Positions 28,185 to 39,921 of a stretch of 59,745 bases of DNA are shown one piece after another; within the stretch, counting starts at the first letter, position 1, and the number at the start of each line of letters is the position of its first letter. The position numbers and the translations under genes are program-made. Origin of the DNA: Acidimicrobiia bacterium (GTDB lineage: Bacteria; Actinomycetota; Acidimicrobiia; Spongiisociales; UBA11373); NCBI GenBank assembly GCA_036478235.1, contig JAZGDZ010000095.1, forward strand, positions 1 through 59,745, read 5' to 3'. The notes under the pieces are model-generated. The model was not told where the DNA came from, made no database searches, and saw nothing but the letters and a program-made list of their open reading frames with translations.

Positions 28185-30812
28185 ATGCCGAAGCTGGCGC
28201 TGCTCGACGGGCATTCCCTCGCCTATCGGGCTTTCTACGCCCTCCCCAGTGACCTGTCCACGCCGTCAGGCCAAGTGACCAACGCCGTGTTCGGCTTCAC
28301 TTCGATGGCGATCAAGCTGCTGGGCGAGGAGCGCCCCGACGGTGTGGCAGTGGCCTGGGACACACCGGCCAAGACCTTCCGCAGCGACCGGTTCCCGGAG
28401 TACAAGGCCCAACGTGAGGCGGCGCCGGATCTCTTCAGAAGCCAACTGCCTCTGATCCGGGAAGTCGCCGAGGTGCTCGGCTTCCCCCAGTTCGAGGCCC
28501 CCGGCTTCGAGGCCGACGACGTAATCGCCACGATCGCCGCGGCGGCGGCGAACGCCGGGTGGGAAGTCCTGATCGTCACGGGGGACCGCGACTCGTTCCA
28601 GCTGATCGGCGGTCCGGTCCGGGTCTATTACACACGCCGCGGGATCAGCGACGTCGTGGTGGCCGACGCCGAATATGTGCAGGACCGTTACGGGATCTCT
28701 CCGGCCCAGTATCCGGACTACTCCGCCCTCCGTGGTGATTCGTCGGACAACCTGCCGGGTGTCCCCGGGGTAGGGGAGAAGACGGCGACGAAGCTGGTCG
28801 CCGGCTACGGCGGGCTGGAAGGTATCTACGAACACCTCGAAGAGCAGACCCCCAAGCTGCGAGAGAGCCTGGAGGCCTGGCGAGAACAGGTCTTCTTGAA
28901 TCGCGAGCTGTCCGTGCTGCTCACCGATGTCGACATCGAGTTCGACGTCGAGGGCCTCCGGCTCGAGCCCCGGGATCCCCAGGAAGTGCGGCGGGTCTTC
29001 GACGGGCTCGCCTTTCAGTCCCTCTGGACGCGGCTCCAGGAGGTGGGGGGCGTCGCCGAGCCTGTCCTCGAAGAGATGCTTGAGATCGAGGTCACGACTG
29101 CGACCGGCGCCGGCGACCTGGCATTCCTGAAGAAGGCCGAGCTCACGGCCCTTGAACCGGTGTGGGAGGACGACGACATCGTCGGGGTGGCGGTTTCGAC
29201 AGGGGAAGACGCCAGGTTCGTGCCGTGGTCTGCGACCGGGCTCCTGGCCTCGCTGCTTGAAGATCCGACCCTGCCGAAGGCCCTCCACGACGCCAAGCCG
29301 GTGGTGCGAGCTGCACTCGAGGCAGATCTCGATCTGGCCGCTCTGGGATTCGACACCGCGCTCGCCTCGTACGTCATCAGGCCGGCGGGGGGGTCGCAGT
29401 CGCTCTCCGATCTCACCGCGACCGTCCTCGGCATCGACATCGAGCCCGTCGTCGAGGGCGAAGGATCAAAGGCGCAGGGAATGCTGGACTTCGAGGCGAC
29501 CGGCCCCGATCTGGAGGCTGCAGGGCGGAGGGCGGCAGCCGTAGCGCGCCTCGTCGAGCCTCTCCGTCAGCAGATGGAGGCCCGAGGGGGCACGGCACTC
29601 TTCGAGGAGGTCGAGCTGCCCCTGGTCGGCGTATTGGCGCGAATGGAGGACGCCGGGATCGAGGTCGACGTCGAGTATCTCGAGGAGCTGGGCGAGAGTC
29701 TGCGTGATCGCCTGGCGACGCTGGAGAAGGCGATCTATCGGGAGGCAGGCGATCCGTTCAACATCAACTCGACCCTCCAACTTCGCGAAGTGCTCTTCGA
29801 TCGGCTCGGCCTACCCATCCTGAAGAAGACGCCCAAGGGTCAGCCCTCGACCGACGCTTCGGTCCTACAGAAGCTGGCCGACGAGCATCCAATAGTCGAG
29901 CACCTCCTGTCGTTCCGGGAGCTGGAGAAGCTGCGCAGCACCTACGTCGACGGCCTGCTTCCGCTGGTGGCCGAGGACGGCCGCATCCACTGCGTGTTCA
30001 ATCAGCGAGGCGCAGCCACTGGGCGAATCTCGTCCGAACGGCCCAACATGCAGAACATCCCGGTGCGGTCCGAGGAGGGACGGACCATCCGGCGCGCCTT
30101 CGTCGCGGGTAAAGGGCGCAGGTTCGTAGTGGCCGATTACAGCCAGATCGAGCTTCGAATCCTGGGGCACCTGAGTGGTGATGCGGCTCTTCTTGAGGCC
30201 TTCCGGTCGGGCGACGACATCCACACGGCGACGGCAGCCCGCGTCTTCGGTGTCGACCCGGAGAATGTCGACCCGGACATGCGGCGTCGGGCCAAGGTGA
30301 TCAATTTTGGGCTCCTGTACGGCATGGAGGCCTACGGGCTGGCCCAGCGGCTGGAGATATCCCGGGAGGAGGCGCAGGAGCACATGGATGCCTACTTCGG
30401 CCAGTTCCCCGGCGTCAGCGACTTCATGAGCGGCATCGTGACTGCGGCCAGGAACAACGGGTTCACCGAGACGATCCTGGGCCGGCGCCGGTATCTGCCG
30501 GAACTGACCTCGGAGAACTTCAGGGAGCGGCAGTCCGGGGAACGGATGGCGCTCAACGCTCCGATCCAGGGCTCGGCCGCCGATATCATCAAGAAGGCGA
30601 TGATCGAGTTGGACTCCCGCCTGGAGATGACCGCGGACGGGAGCCGAATGCTCCTTCAGGTTCACGATGAGCTGGTCCTGGAGGCGCCAAAATCAGCAGT
30701 GGAGGAGACCGTGGACCTGGTTCGAGAGGTCATGGAGGGGGTGGTCGAGCTCTCGGTGCCGCTCGTAGTGGACATCGCAGTAGGGACCTCGCTGGGGGAC
30801 ACCAAGGCCTGA
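28185..30812 (+). CDS. polA: DNA polymerase I
   Basis: LDGHSLAYRAFYA, EADDVIAT, ADYSQIELR, RRRAKVINFGLLYG, LLQVHDEL. Confidence 0.97.
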   Translation: MPKLALLDGHSLAYRAFYALPSDLSTPSGQVTNAVFGFTSMAIKLLGEERPDGVAVAWDTPAKTFRSDRFPEYKAQREAAPDLFRSQLPLIREVAEVLGFPQFEAPGFEADDVIATIAAAAANAGWEVLIVTGDRDSFQLIGGPVRVYYTRRGISDVVVADAEYVQDRYGISPAQYPDYSALRGDSSDNLPGVPGVGEKTATKLVAGYGGLEGIYEHLEEQTPKLRESLEAWREQVFLNRELSVLLTDVDIEFDVEGLRLEPRDPQEVRRVFDGLAFQSLWTRLQEVGGVAEPVLEEMLEIEVTTATGAGDLAFLKKAELTALEPVWEDDDIVGVAVSTGEDARFVPWSATGLLASLLEDPTLPKALHDAKPVVRAALEADLDLAALGFDTALASYVIRPAGGSQSLSDLTATVLGIDIEPVVEGEGSKAQGMLDFEATGPDLEAAGRRAAAVARLVEPLRQQMEARGGTALFEEVELPLVGVLARMEDAGIEVDVEYLEELGESLRDRLATLEKAIYREAGDPFNINSTLQLREVLFDRLGLPILKKTPKGQPSTDASVLQKLADEHPIVEHLLSFRELEKLRSTYVDGLLPLVAEDGRIHCVFNQRGAATGRISSERPNMQNIPVRSEEGRTIRRAFVAGKGRRFVVADYSQIELRILGHLSGDAALLEAFRSGDDIHTATAARVFGVDPENVDPDMRRRAKVINFGLLYGMEAYGLAQRLEISREEAQEHMDAYFGQFPGVSDFMSGIVTAARNNGFTETILGRRRYLPELTSENFRERQSGERMALNAPIQGSAADIIKKAMIELDSRLEMTADGSRMLLQVHDELVLEAPKSAVEETVDLVREVMEGVVELSVPLVVDIAVGTSLGDTKA

Positions 30813-30915
30813 CGTGCCGTGACCCGTCCCCGGGCGTGGTAACCTCGCTTCGCCTCCGGGCCGTTCGCGCTCGGGGATCTTCCATCCGAGGTAATTCCGT
30901 ATCCATGACAAGACC

Positions 30916-32373
30916 GTGAACGCGCCCGACGTCGAGGAGGCGTCCGAGGCGATCGAGGAGGCGACTGCGGTCGCCGTCGAGGAGCCGGGTCCGGCCGAGA
31001 CGGCTGAAGTGGCGCCGGACGCGCCGGAAGATCCGGCATCGTCGGACCCCGAAGAGGGTGAAGGCGCCCAGGTTCCCGAGCTGGTCGTCGCCGACCCCGC
31101 CGCAGCCGTCAAGGCGCTCGGCGATATCCCCGACGACCTGTCCGAGGAGGACTTTGCCGCCGCCGTGGAGATGACGGTCGTGGAGTTCTCCGAGGGAAGC
31201 CTGGTCAAGGGGATCGTGGCGCGGATCGACCCCGACGCCGTCCTGGTGGACATCGGGTACAAGTCCGAGGGTGTCATCCCCATCAAGGAGCTCTCGATCA
31301 GGAACTCCGTGAACCCCTCCGACGTGGTCCAGGAGGGCGAAGAGATCGAGGCCATGGTCCTGACGATGGAGGACCAGGAGGGGAGACTCATCCTCTCCAA
31401 GAAGCGCGCCCAGTACGAGCGTGCCTGGGGTCGGGTCGAGGCAGTCATGAATGCGGGGGGCACCGTCACCGGCCAGGTGATCGAGGTGGTCAAGGGCGGC
31501 CTCATCGTCGACATCGGCTTGCGAGGGTTCCTTCCGGCATCCCTGGTGGAGTTGCGCCGCGTCAGGGACCTTCATCCGTACATCGGTGAGTCGCTCGAGG
31601 CGAAGGTCATCGAGCTCGACAAGAACCGCAACAACGTCGTGCTGAGCAGAAGGGCCTGGCTCGAGGAGGCGCAGGCCGAGCAGCGTCAGGCGTTCCTCGA
31701 CGAACTCGCTCCCGGCGAGATCCGCGAGGGAGTGGTCTCCTCGGTGGTCAACTTCGGGGCATTCGTCGACCTCGGGGGCATGGACGGCCTGGTCCACGTC
31801 TCGGAGCTCTCCTGGCAGCACGTCAGCCATCCATCGGAGATCGTGACGGTCGGGGACAAGGTTCAGGTGAAGGTGCTCGAGGTGGACCTCGAGCGCGAGC
31901 GCATCTCCCTGTCCATTCGCCAGACACGAGATGATCCGTGGCAGTCGTTCAGTAGCGCCCACGGCGTCGGCGACATCGTCGACGGCACGGTGACCAAGAC
32001 CGTCCCGTTCGGGGCGTTCGTGTCGGTGGCCGACGGTGTCGAGGGACTGGTCCACGTGAGCGAGATCGCCATGCATCACGTCGAGAGCCCCGAGTTGGAG
32101 CTTTCCGTCGATCAACCCGTCAAGGTGCGGATCACCGAGGTGGACGGTGACCGTCGCCGCATAAGCCTGTCGATGAAACAGGCGCTGCCCGAGTGGGAGA
32201 ATCGCCAGCAGTGGCAGGACGAACGAGCTGCCGGCAAGGGCCCCAAAAAGAGCCGTCCGGAGTTCACTCGGGAAGACGACGCCGCCGATGATGCCATGCC
32301 GGCGTTCAACGCCGACGCCTCGCTCGAGGCGATCCTCGAAGAGCTCAAGCAGCGGGGGATAGGGCGCAAGTAG
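30916..32373 (+). CDS. rpsA: 30S ribosomal protein S1, four S1 domains, acidic N-terminal extension
   Basis: VDIGYKSEGVIP, VKGGLIVDIGLRGFLPAS, FGAFVDLGGMDGLVHVSELSW, FGAFV-GLVHVSEI. Confidence 0.95.
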   Translation: MNAPDVEEASEAIEEATAVAVEEPGPAETAEVAPDAPEDPASSDPEEGEGAQVPELVVADPAAAVKALGDIPDDLSEEDFAAAVEMTVVEFSEGSLVKGIVARIDPDAVLVDIGYKSEGVIPIKELSIRNSVNPSDVVQEGEEIEAMVLTMEDQEGRLILSKKRAQYERAWGRVEAVMNAGGTVTGQVIEVVKGGLIVDIGLRGFLPASLVELRRVRDLHPYIGESLEAKVIELDKNRNNVVLSRRAWLEEAQAEQRQAFLDELAPGEIREGVVSSVVNFGAFVDLGGMDGLVHVSELSWQHVSHPSEIVTVGDKVQVKVLEVDLERERISLSIRQTRDDPWQSFSSAHGVGDIVDGTVTKTVPFGAFVSVADGVEGLVHVSEIAMHHVESPELELSVDQPVKVRITEVDGDRRRISLSMKQALPEWENRQQWQDERAAGKGPKKSRPEFTREDDAADDAMPAFNADASLEAILEELKQRGIGRK

Positions 32374-32444
32374 ACGCCTCAAGTTCGGCATTGCCCTTCC
32401 GATGACGTTCCTGTACCGGACGCATCCGGCGCGCCCGGAGGAAG

Positions 32445-33950
32445 GTGCAGATGACGACCGTCTCCCGCCTGGTGCTGCTCGTCGAAACCGATTCGAGTTT
32501 CCTCGAAGCCGCTCGCGTGCTGTTTGCCGGCTACCGCATACTGACTGCGCGCGATCTCGATGAAGCCTTCGAGGTCGTCCTCGGAGGCAGGGTCGATCTC
32601 GTGCTGTTGGGCCCCACCTTCGCCAGCGACGCAGCAATCGCGGCTGCCGCCGGCCTGGCCGAAGCGGATCCCGTCGTGTCGGTCGTCCTGGCGGCGGACA
32701 TAGTCACCAACCGGCTGCTCAAGTCGGCGCTCCGGGCGAGCTTCTCCGACGTGGTCGATCTCCCGCTTACCGCCCAATCGGCGGCAGAGCTCCTCTCCCT
32801 TCTCCGAACCGACGAGTTGACCGAAGTGAGGGTCATCCTCGAACAGGCCGAGAGCGAGCCCGGGACGGATGCGGTCGAGTCCGTAGAATTCGGCGAGGGG
32901 CCCGCTATCGATCCGACCGAGTCGGTGACCGGCGAAACCGAGGAAGGCCCGCGTACCTCCTTCGAGGCGGAACCGGCCGTCGCCCGCTCCTCGACCCCGA
33001 TGGCGGGACCTTCGGCCGGGCCGCCGGTCGAGCAGGAGCCGGAGCCGAGCGACGCCGCGGCCGAGGCCGAATCCGCAGGAGAGCCGATCGAACCCGAGTT
33101 GGCTCTCGACAGGCTGATCCCCCAACTTCCCGCTCCCGAGGCCGACCGCGGTCCCGGTGAGGCGACGTCGCCCTTCGACAGTCCCAGGCGCGGTGCCGGG
33201 CGGGTCATCGCCGTCATGGCGGGCAAGGGAGGCTCGGGGAAGACGGTCGTGGCGACGAACCTGGCGATCGCCATCGGCCTGCGAGGTGACCCGGAACGGG
33301 TGGCGATCGTGGACGGCGACCTCCAGTTCGGCGACGTCGCCCTGATGCTTCAGGTTGATCCGGTGCGAACGCTCGACGACGTCGCCGGCCGCATCGACGA
33401 GATGAGCGACGCCCGACTCGAGGCCGCGCTGATCAGTCACGAGAGCGGTATCAAGGTTCTGCCGGCCCCGGTGCTGCCCGTCCGCGGAGACGAGATCAAG
33501 TCCAAGGAGTTGGTCGCGATGGTCGAGCGGCTGCGCACGATGTACGACGCCGTCGTCGTCGACACCGGCCCCGTGTTCGACGACGGTCTGGTGTCGGTCC
33601 TCGAGCAGGCGGACGACGTGGTCGCGGTGGTCGACATGGATCTGGCTTCGGTGAAGAACGCCAAGGTGGTCCTCGACGGGCTGCGGGTGGCCGGATTCCC
33701 CATGGAGCGGATCACGATGGTGGTCAACCGCGTCAACTCCAAGGTCCGGCTCGACCTGGTCGAGCTGGAGCGGACGTTGCGCCTGCGGGTCGGCGGATCG
33801 GTGCCCAGCGACAGATTGGTGCCGCAGTCGGTCAATGAGGGGGTCCCGGCGATCCGGCTCAGCCCGCGCTCGCGGGTTGCTCGAGCGTTTCACGCCCTGG
33901 CAGAGACACTGGACCCCGAGGCCCGCAAGGAGCGCCTCGCGGCTGGTTAG
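32445..33950 (+). CDS. CpaE/TadZ-like protein: pseudo-receiver, acidic linker, MinD/ParA ATPase
   Basis: GKGGSGKT, VDGDLQFGDVAL, VVVDTGP, SVNEGVP; receiver-like N terminus. Confidence 0.82.
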   Translation: MQMTTVSRLVLLVETDSSFLEAARVLFAGYRILTARDLDEAFEVVLGGRVDLVLLGPTFASDAAIAAAAGLAEADPVVSVVLAADIVTNRLLKSALRASFSDVVDLPLTAQSAAELLSLLRTDELTEVRVILEQAESEPGTDAVESVEFGEGPAIDPTESVTGETEEGPRTSFEAEPAVARSSTPMAGPSAGPPVEQEPEPSDAAAEAESAGEPIEPELALDRLIPQLPAPEADRGPGEATSPFDSPRRGAGRVIAVMAGKGGSGKTVVATNLAIAIGLRGDPERVAIVDGDLQFGDVALMLQVDPVRTLDDVAGRIDEMSDARLEAALISHESGIKVLPAPVLPVRGDEIKSKELVAMVERLRTMYDAVVVDTGPVFDDGLVSVLEQADDVVAVVDMDLASVKNAKVVLDGLRVAGFPMERITMVVNRVNSKVRLDLVELERTLRLRVGGSVPSDRLVPQSVNEGVPAIRLSPRSRVARAFHALAETLDPEARKERLAAG

Positions 33951-33959
33951 CCTGACCGG

Positions 33960-34544
33960 GTGAGTCAGGGTTTCCTGCTGTCCGGCGGAATCGGCGCCGG
34001 GAAGTCGACCGCAGCCGAAGTGTTCCGCGGTCTCGGAGCTGTGGTCCTCTCGGCCGACGAGGTCGCCCGAGCAGTGCTGGCTCCGGGGTCCCCGGAGTCG
34101 GCCGCCGTCATCGAGCGCTGGCCCGAGGCCTCGAGCGACGGTCGGACCGTGGATCGCGCTCGCTTGGGACGGATCGTCTTCTCCGATGGAACCGCTCTCG
34201 TCGAACTCGAGGCGATCACCCATCCGGCGACCAGAACCGCGTTGGCGGCCGAGGTCGATCGCCATAGCGGACGTGTGGTGGTGATCGAGATGCCGATCGT
34301 GCGCGACTGGTTCCCGGGGTGGTCGCAGGTCGTGGTCGACGCTTCCGACGAGGAGCGAGTCGCCCGGGCGGTCGGCAGAGGCAACGTCATGGAGGAGTCT
34401 GATGTGCGGGCGGTCATGGCGCGGCAGCCGAGCCGGTCCGAGTGGCTGCTGGCAGCCGACTATGTGATCGACAACTCCGGCGATCTGGACCGTCTCGAGC
34501 AGCAGTGTCGGCGGGTCTGGCGGCGAGTGACGTCTGAGGCTTGA
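33960..34544 (+). CDS. coaE: Dephospho-CoA kinase
   Basis: [36 protein letters not shown]. Confidence 0.93.
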   Translation: MSQGFLLSGGIGAGKSTAAEVFRGLGAVVLSADEVARAVLAPGSPESAAVIERWPEASSDGRTVDRARLGRIVFSDGTALVELEAITHPATRTALAAEVDRHSGRVVVIEMPIVRDWFPGWSQVVVDASDEERVARAVGRGNVMEESDVRAVMARQPSRSEWLLAADYVIDNSGDLDRLEQQCRRVWRRVTSEA

Positions 34545-34570
34545 GCCGGGCACCCGGTATCGTGCCGGCG

Positions 34571-36577
34571 GTGCAGCCGTTTCGCGTCGTCTCCGATTTC
34601 GAGCCCGCCGGAGATCAGCCGCGGGCGATCGCGGAGCTCGCCGAAGGGGTAGCCGCCGGGCACCGCTTCCAGACGCTGCTCGGCATAACCGGGTCGGGCA
34701 AGTCGGCCACGATCGCATGGCTGATCGAAGCGGTACAGAGGCCGACCCTGGTTCTCGCTCCCAACAAGGCCCTTGCCGCCCAGCTCGCCAACGAGTTCCG
34801 CCAGTTCTTCCCCGACAACCGGGTCGAGTACTTCGTGTCCTATTACGACTACTACCAGCCCGAGGCCTACATCCCGCAGAGTGACACCTACATCGAGAAG
34901 GACTCGAGCGTCAACGACGAGATCGACCGGCTGCGCCACTCGGCCACGGCCGCCCTCCTCACCCGGCGCGATGTCGTGATCGTGGCCTCGGTGTCGGCCA
35001 TCTACGGCCTGGGAAGCCCCGAACAGTACGAAGGCCAGTTGCTGCGGCTGGTGCGGGGTGTCGAATACCCGCTGTCGGACGCGATGCGGCGCCTTGTCGA
35101 CATCCAGTACGAGCGCAACGAGGTCAACCTGACGCGGGGCAACTTCCGCGTCAAGGGCGACACACTCGAGATATTCCCCGCCTACGAGCAGACGATCGTT
35201 CGCGTCGAGTACTTCGGTGACGAGGTAGAGCGGATGATGGAGATGAACCCGGTGACCGGAGAGGTCCTGCGCGAGCTGCCCGAGACGTGGGTGTATCCGG
35301 CCTCGCACTACATCACGACCGAAGAGCGGATCAAGGTGGCTACCGAAGCCATCGAGGTAGAGCTCGCCGAGCGCCTCGCCTGGCTGGAGGACAACGGCAA
35401 GCTGTTGGAGGCACAGCGGCTTCGGATGCGGACCTCGTACGACCTCGAGATGATGCGCGAGCTCGGTTACTGCAACGGCATCGAGAACTACTCGCGTCAC
35501 CTCGACGACCGCGACCCCGGCGAGGCCCCGTACACCCTGCTCGACTACTTCCCGGACGACTTCTTGATGGTGGTCGATGAGAGCCATGTCACCATCCCGC
35601 AGCTGCACGGCCAGTACGAAGGGGATCGCACCCGCAAGGAGGTCCTGGTGGAGCACGGCTTCCGCCTTCCTTCGGCGATGGACAATCGGCCGCTTCGGTT
35701 CGACGAGTGGCTGGAGCGGACTAATCAAGCCGTTCTTCTGTCGGCCACGCCCGGACCCTGGGAAACCGCAAACTCCGCACAAGTGGTGGAGCAGATCATC
35801 CGCCCCACCGGGCTGGTCGACCCGGAGGTGATCGTGAAGCCGACCCGCGGTCAAATCGACGACCTGCTGGATGAGGTGCAGCGGAGGGCTGAGGCGGACC
35901 AGAGGGTGCTGGTGACCACGCTGACGAAGAAGATGGCCGAGGATCTGACCGACTACCTGCTCGAGATGGGGGTTCGCGCCCGTTACCTCCACTCGGAGAT
36001 CGACACCCTGGAGAGGATCCAGATACTGCGCGATCTCCGCCTGGGGGAATTCGACGTGCTGGTCGGGATCAACCTCCTGCGCGAGGGTCTCGATCTACCC
36101 GAGGTGGGCCTGGTAGCCATCCTCGATGCCGACAAGGAGGGATTCCTCCGATCCGAGACATCGCTGATCCAGACCATCGGCCGAGCCTCTCGGAACGTGG
36201 ACGGTCAGGTCCTGATGTACGCCGACGAGGTCACCAAGTCGATGAAGCGGGCTCTGAACGAGACGAACCGCCGCAGGGCGCTTCAGCGGGACTTCAACGA
36301 AGCGCACGGCATCGATCCGACGACCATCCGCAAGAAGGTCTCCGACATCCTGGATATGGTCGGCTCGGCCGATGCTCCCGCGGTGCAGCGCCGCCGCCGG
36401 GAAGTGGCCGAGCGGCCTCAGATCGACCTTCCGGCCGACGATCTCGAGCGCCTCATCCGCAGCCTCGAGGAGGAAATGCGCGAAGCCGCCCGCGAGCTGA
36501 GGTTCGAGTACGCGGCCCGACTGCGCGATGAGGTGAACGAGCTGAAGCGGGAATTGAGGGAGATGGTCGAGGCCTAG
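34571..36577 (+). CDS. uvrB: Excinuclease ABC subunit B
   Basis: [40 protein letters not shown]. Confidence 0.97.
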   Translation: MQPFRVVSDFEPAGDQPRAIAELAEGVAAGHRFQTLLGITGSGKSATIAWLIEAVQRPTLVLAPNKALAAQLANEFRQFFPDNRVEYFVSYYDYYQPEAYIPQSDTYIEKDSSVNDEIDRLRHSATAALLTRRDVVIVASVSAIYGLGSPEQYEGQLLRLVRGVEYPLSDAMRRLVDIQYERNEVNLTRGNFRVKGDTLEIFPAYEQTIVRVEYFGDEVERMMEMNPVTGEVLRELPETWVYPASHYITTEERIKVATEAIEVELAERLAWLEDNGKLLEAQRLRMRTSYDLEMMRELGYCNGIENYSRHLDDRDPGEAPYTLLDYFPDDFLMVVDESHVTIPQLHGQYEGDRTRKEVLVEHGFRLPSAMDNRPLRFDEWLERTNQAVLLSATPGPWETANSAQVVEQIIRPTGLVDPEVIVKPTRGQIDDLLDEVQRRAEADQRVLVTTLTKKMAEDLTDYLLEMGVRARYLHSEIDTLERIQILRDLRLGEFDVLVGINLLREGLDLPEVGLVAILDADKEGFLRSETSLIQTIGRASRNVDGQVLMYADEVTKSMKRALNETNRRRALQRDFNEAHGIDPTTIRKKVSDILDMVGSADAPAVQRRRREVAERPQIDLPADDLERLIRSLEEEMREAARELRFEYAARLRDEVNELKRELREMVEA

Positions 36578-36712
36578 GAGTCTACCGAGCAATACGGAGC
36601 GGACCCCGGCCATGGTCGAGCCGAGCCGGCATCAGAGGCAGCCGTTGGCCGCTCGTCATTGGCAAGGACTCTCTCGTGGCCGCAGCTCGTGCCCCTCGAG
36701 GCGGGCTCTTAG
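36574..36712. mobile_element. MITE-like family 2 element filling the convergent uvrB-tatA gap
   Basis: Left end TAGGAGTCTACCGAGCAATACGG is 18/23 identical to the 178-209 copy; right end GCGGGCTCTTAG resembles GCGGGCTCCTAG. Confidence 0.6.
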
Positions 36713-36927
36713 TCGGCCTCTGCCTCTGCCCCGGTGTCAGTGTCGGCCTCGGCGTCGGCGCCCTCTTTGTCTTCATCTTCTTCGCCCTCGCCGGTGAGAC
36801 CCTTGCGCAGCTCGCGGGCCGACTTACCGATGGATCTCGCCAGGTCGGGAAGCTTGCGGGCACCGAAGAAGAGCAGGAGCACTGTAACGATGAGAATGAT
36901 TTCGCCGGCACCGATCTGCTTGAACAT
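36709..36927 (-). CDS. tatA: Twin-arginine translocase subunit TatA/E
   Basis: [35 protein letters not shown]. Confidence 0.92.
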   Translation of the reverse strand: MFKQIGAGEIILIVTVLLLFFGARKLPDLARSIGKSARELRKGLTGEGEEDEDKEGADAEADTDTGAEAEAD

Positions 36928-37067
36928 GGTGATGAGTGTAGGGCCGCGATCGTTGGAGCAGGGTCGCCCGGCGGACCGGGGCGGGAGAGAGAGGCCGACG
37001 GTCTGAGGTGGTGGGCCCCGCCCGGGTATGCAAATCCCACTCCTGAAATTCGGTCACGGTCGGAAGT

Positions 37068-37073
37068 TACAAT
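37068..37073 (+). promoter_or_regulatory. Putative -10 box of uvrA
   Basis: TACAAT 25 nt upstream of GTG 37099. Confidence 0.45.
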
Positions 37074-37098
37074 CGCCGTCCGGCGTTGGGGACGGGTT

Positions 37099-39921
37099 GT
37101 GGCCACAGATTCGATCATCATCAAGGGTGCGCGCGAGCACAACCTGAAGAACGTGTCGCTCGAGCTTCCGCGCCAGCGGCTGATCGTCTTCACCGGGCTG
37201 TCCGGCTCCGGCAAGTCTTCCCTCGCATTCGACACGATCTACGCCGAGGGTCAGCGGCGCTACGTCGAGAGCCTTTCGGCATACGCCCGCCAGTTCCTGG
37301 GCCAAATGGAAAAGCCGAACGTCGAGTTCATCGAAGGCCTGTCGCCGGCGATCTCGATCGATCAGAAAACTGCCAGCCGCAATCCGAGGTCGACGGTGGG
37401 AACCGTGACCGAGGTCCACGACTACCTGCGGCTTCTCTGGGCCCGCATCGGAGTGCCCCACTGCCCGCAGTGCGGCCGCCGCGTCGCCAGGCAGACGCCG
37501 CAGCAGATAGTGGACCAGATACTGGAGTTGGAGGAGGGCACCCGGTTCCAGGTGCTGGCCCCCGTGGTGCGCGGCCGCAAGGGGGAGTATGAGCAACTCC
37601 TCGCCGAGCTCGGCCGGGAAGGTTTCAGCAGAGCTCGAATCGACGGCGAAGTACGCGACCTGACCGAGGAGATCAGGCTCGATCGCTACTACCAACACAC
37701 GATCGAGGTGATCGTCGACCGGCTGGTCCGCAAGAACGGCATCGAGCGTCGTCTCACCGATTCCCTCGAGACGGCTTTGCGGCTTGCCGAGGGGATCGCC
37801 GGTGTCGACATCGTGGACGGTCCGACTCTCACGTTCAGTCAGCACCTGGCATGCGATCATTGCGCCATCTCATTCGAGGAGTTGCAGCCCAGGAACTTCT
37901 CCTTCAACAGCCCGTACGGGGCATGCACGGCCTGTAACGGGATCGGCACCCGGTATCAGGCGGATTGGCGTCTGGCGATTCCCGACCACGACAAGAGCCT
38001 CGCCGATGGCGCGATCCTCCCCTGGGTGGGCCGGCACCGATCCTCCTATTACCAGAGGGTCCTCGAGGGTGTGTCCCGGGAATACGGATTCGACATGAGC
38101 ACCCCGTTCGGGAAGCTCTCCAAGAAGGCGCAGAAGTTGGTTCTGGAGGGCACCGGGGACGATCCCGTCACCGTCTCCTACGTGAATCGATTCGGGAGGC
38201 AGCGGAGGTATCAGACTGTCTATGAAGGGCTGATGCCGTGGCTGAAACGTCGCCACGGGGGGGCCGAGAGCGACGGCGCCCGCGAGATGTACCAGCAGTA
38301 CATGCGACTGGTTCCCTGCGAAACGTGCGGGGGAGCGCGGCTCAACCCCGTTTCGCTTGCGGTCACAGTGGGAGAGAGGAACCTGCACGAAGTGTCGGTG
38401 CTGTCTCTGGGGGAGGCAGCCGAGTTCTTTGCCGGGCTCGAGCTCGACGAGCGGGACGGCAGGATCGCCGAATCCGTCCTGAAAGAGGTCGGGGCCCGGC
38501 TCGACTTCCTTCTCGACGTCGGGCTCGACTACCTGACGCTGGCTCGCTCGGCCGCGACCCTCGCCGGTGGCGAGGCGCAGCGAATCCGTCTCGCCACCCA
38601 GATCGGCTCCGGACTCGTCGGTGTCCTCTACATCCTGGACGAGCCGTCGATCGGGTTGCACCAGAGGGACAATCAGCGCCTCATGGAGACCTTGATCCGA
38701 CTGCGCGATCTGGGCAACACGGTCGTGGTCGTCGAGCACGACGAAGAGACGATTCGGGCGGCGGACCACATCGTCGACATCGGACCGGGTGCCGGCGAGC
38801 ACGGCGGCCGAATAGTGGCCGAGGGGCCGCTGGCGGCGATCGTGTCCGAGCCCACGTCGATCACCGGCGACTACCTGACGGGGCGTCGCTCGATACCGGT
38901 CCCTGAAAAGCGGCGCAGCACCGGTGATGCCACCATTCGCGTAGTCGGCGCCGCCGAGAACAACCTTCAGGAGATCGATGTCGAGTTCCCGCTCGGCATG
39001 TTCATAACCGTCACCGGGGTGTCGGGAAGCGGGAAGTCCACCCTGGTAGAGGAGATCCTCTCCAAGGCGCTGCGCTTCGAGCTGTACCGGTCGCGCGAGC
39101 TCCCGGGACGACACAAGCGGGTCGAAGGCCTCGAGCACATCGACAAGGCGATCGACATCGACCAGTCCCCGATCGGGCGGACCCCGCGCAGCAACCCGGC
39201 GACGTACACCAAGCTCTTCGACAAGATCCGGACGCTGTTTGCGTCGGTTCCGGAGGCAAAGACCCGCGGCTACAAGCCGGGCCGGTTCTCGTTCAACGTT
39301 GCCGGCGGACGGTGCGAGGCGTGCAAAGGCGACGGGACGATCAAGATAGAGATGCACTTCCTTCCCGACGTCTACATCCCCTGCGAGCAGTGCAAGAGCC
39401 GCCGCTACAACCGGGAGACCCTCGAGATCTTGTGGAAAGGGCACTCGGTCTCCGACGTGCTGGAGATGTCCGTCGAGGAAGCCCTTGCCTTCTTCGAGAA
39501 CCAGCCTCCGATCGCCCGGGTCCTGCAGACGCTGTTCGACGTGGGCCTGGGCTACATCAGGCTCGGCCAGCCCGCTCCCACCTTGTCGGGAGGAGAGGCA
39601 CAGCGAGTCAAATTGGCCAGCGAACTGGGGAAGCGTTCCACGGGGAGCACCTTCTACATCCTCGACGAGCCCACCACCGGCCTGCACTTCGAAGACGTTC
39701 GCAAGCTGCTGATCGTCCTGCAGCGCTTGGTGGACGCCGGGAACACCGTGCTGGTCATCGAGCACAATCTCGACGTAGTCAAGTCGGCCGACTGGATCAT
39801 CGATCTGGGCCCCGAAGGAGGAGCCGAGGGTGGTCGTGTCATCGCCACCGGGAGCCCGGAGACGGTCGCCGGGGTGCCGGAGTCCTACACCGGCAAGTTT
39901 CTGCGCGAGATGCTCGCTTAG
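37099..39921 (+). CDS. uvrA: Excinuclease ABC subunit A
   Basis: GAREHNLKN, two Walker A motifs ([16 protein letters not shown]), Zn fingers, LSGGEAQR. Confidence 0.97.
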   Translation: MATDSIIIKGAREHNLKNVSLELPRQRLIVFTGLSGSGKSSLAFDTIYAEGQRRYVESLSAYARQFLGQMEKPNVEFIEGLSPAISIDQKTASRNPRSTVGTVTEVHDYLRLLWARIGVPHCPQCGRRVARQTPQQIVDQILELEEGTRFQVLAPVVRGRKGEYEQLLAELGREGFSRARIDGEVRDLTEEIRLDRYYQHTIEVIVDRLVRKNGIERRLTDSLETALRLAEGIAGVDIVDGPTLTFSQHLACDHCAISFEELQPRNFSFNSPYGACTACNGIGTRYQADWRLAIPDHDKSLADGAILPWVGRHRSSYYQRVLEGVSREYGFDMSTPFGKLSKKAQKLVLEGTGDDPVTVSYVNRFGRQRRYQTVYEGLMPWLKRRHGGAESDGAREMYQQYMRLVPCETCGGARLNPVSLAVTVGERNLHEVSVLSLGEAAEFFAGLELDERDGRIAESVLKEVGARLDFLLDVGLDYLTLARSAATLAGGEAQRIRLATQIGSGLVGVLYILDEPSIGLHQRDNQRLMETLIRLRDLGNTVVVVEHDEETIRAADHIVDIGPGAGEHGGRIVAEGPLAAIVSEPTSITGDYLTGRRSIPVPEKRRSTGDATIRVVGAAENNLQEIDVEFPLGMFITVTGVSGSGKSTLVEEILSKALRFELYRSRELPGRHKRVEGLEHIDKAIDIDQSPIGRTPRSNPATYTKLFDKIRTLFASVPEAKTRGYKPGRFSFNVAGGRCEACKGDGTIKIEMHFLPDVYIPCEQCKSRRYNRETLEILWKGHSVSDVLEMSVEEALAFFENQPPIARVLQTLFDVGLGYIRLGQPAPTLSGGEAQRVKLASELGKRSTGSTFYILDEPTTGLHFEDVRKLLIVLQRLVDAGNTVLVIEHNLDVVKSADWIIDLGPEGGAEGGRVIATGSPETVAGVPESYTGKFLREMLA

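Noticed and set aside
32389-32410. Possible degenerate family 1 MITE end (TTGCCCTTCCGATGACGTT)
   Set aside because: Needs a gap and several mismatches and has no partner end
37052-37073. PafBC/RecA-NDp type promoter at uvrA (GGTCAC-N10-TACAAT)
   Set aside because: Only 4/6 match to TGTCRG and not seen at uvrB or nth; no LexA box noticed either
36676-37098. 141-aa N-terminal extension of UvrA in the ORF track
   Set aside because: It overlaps tatA on the other strand; UvrA similarity starts at GTG 37099
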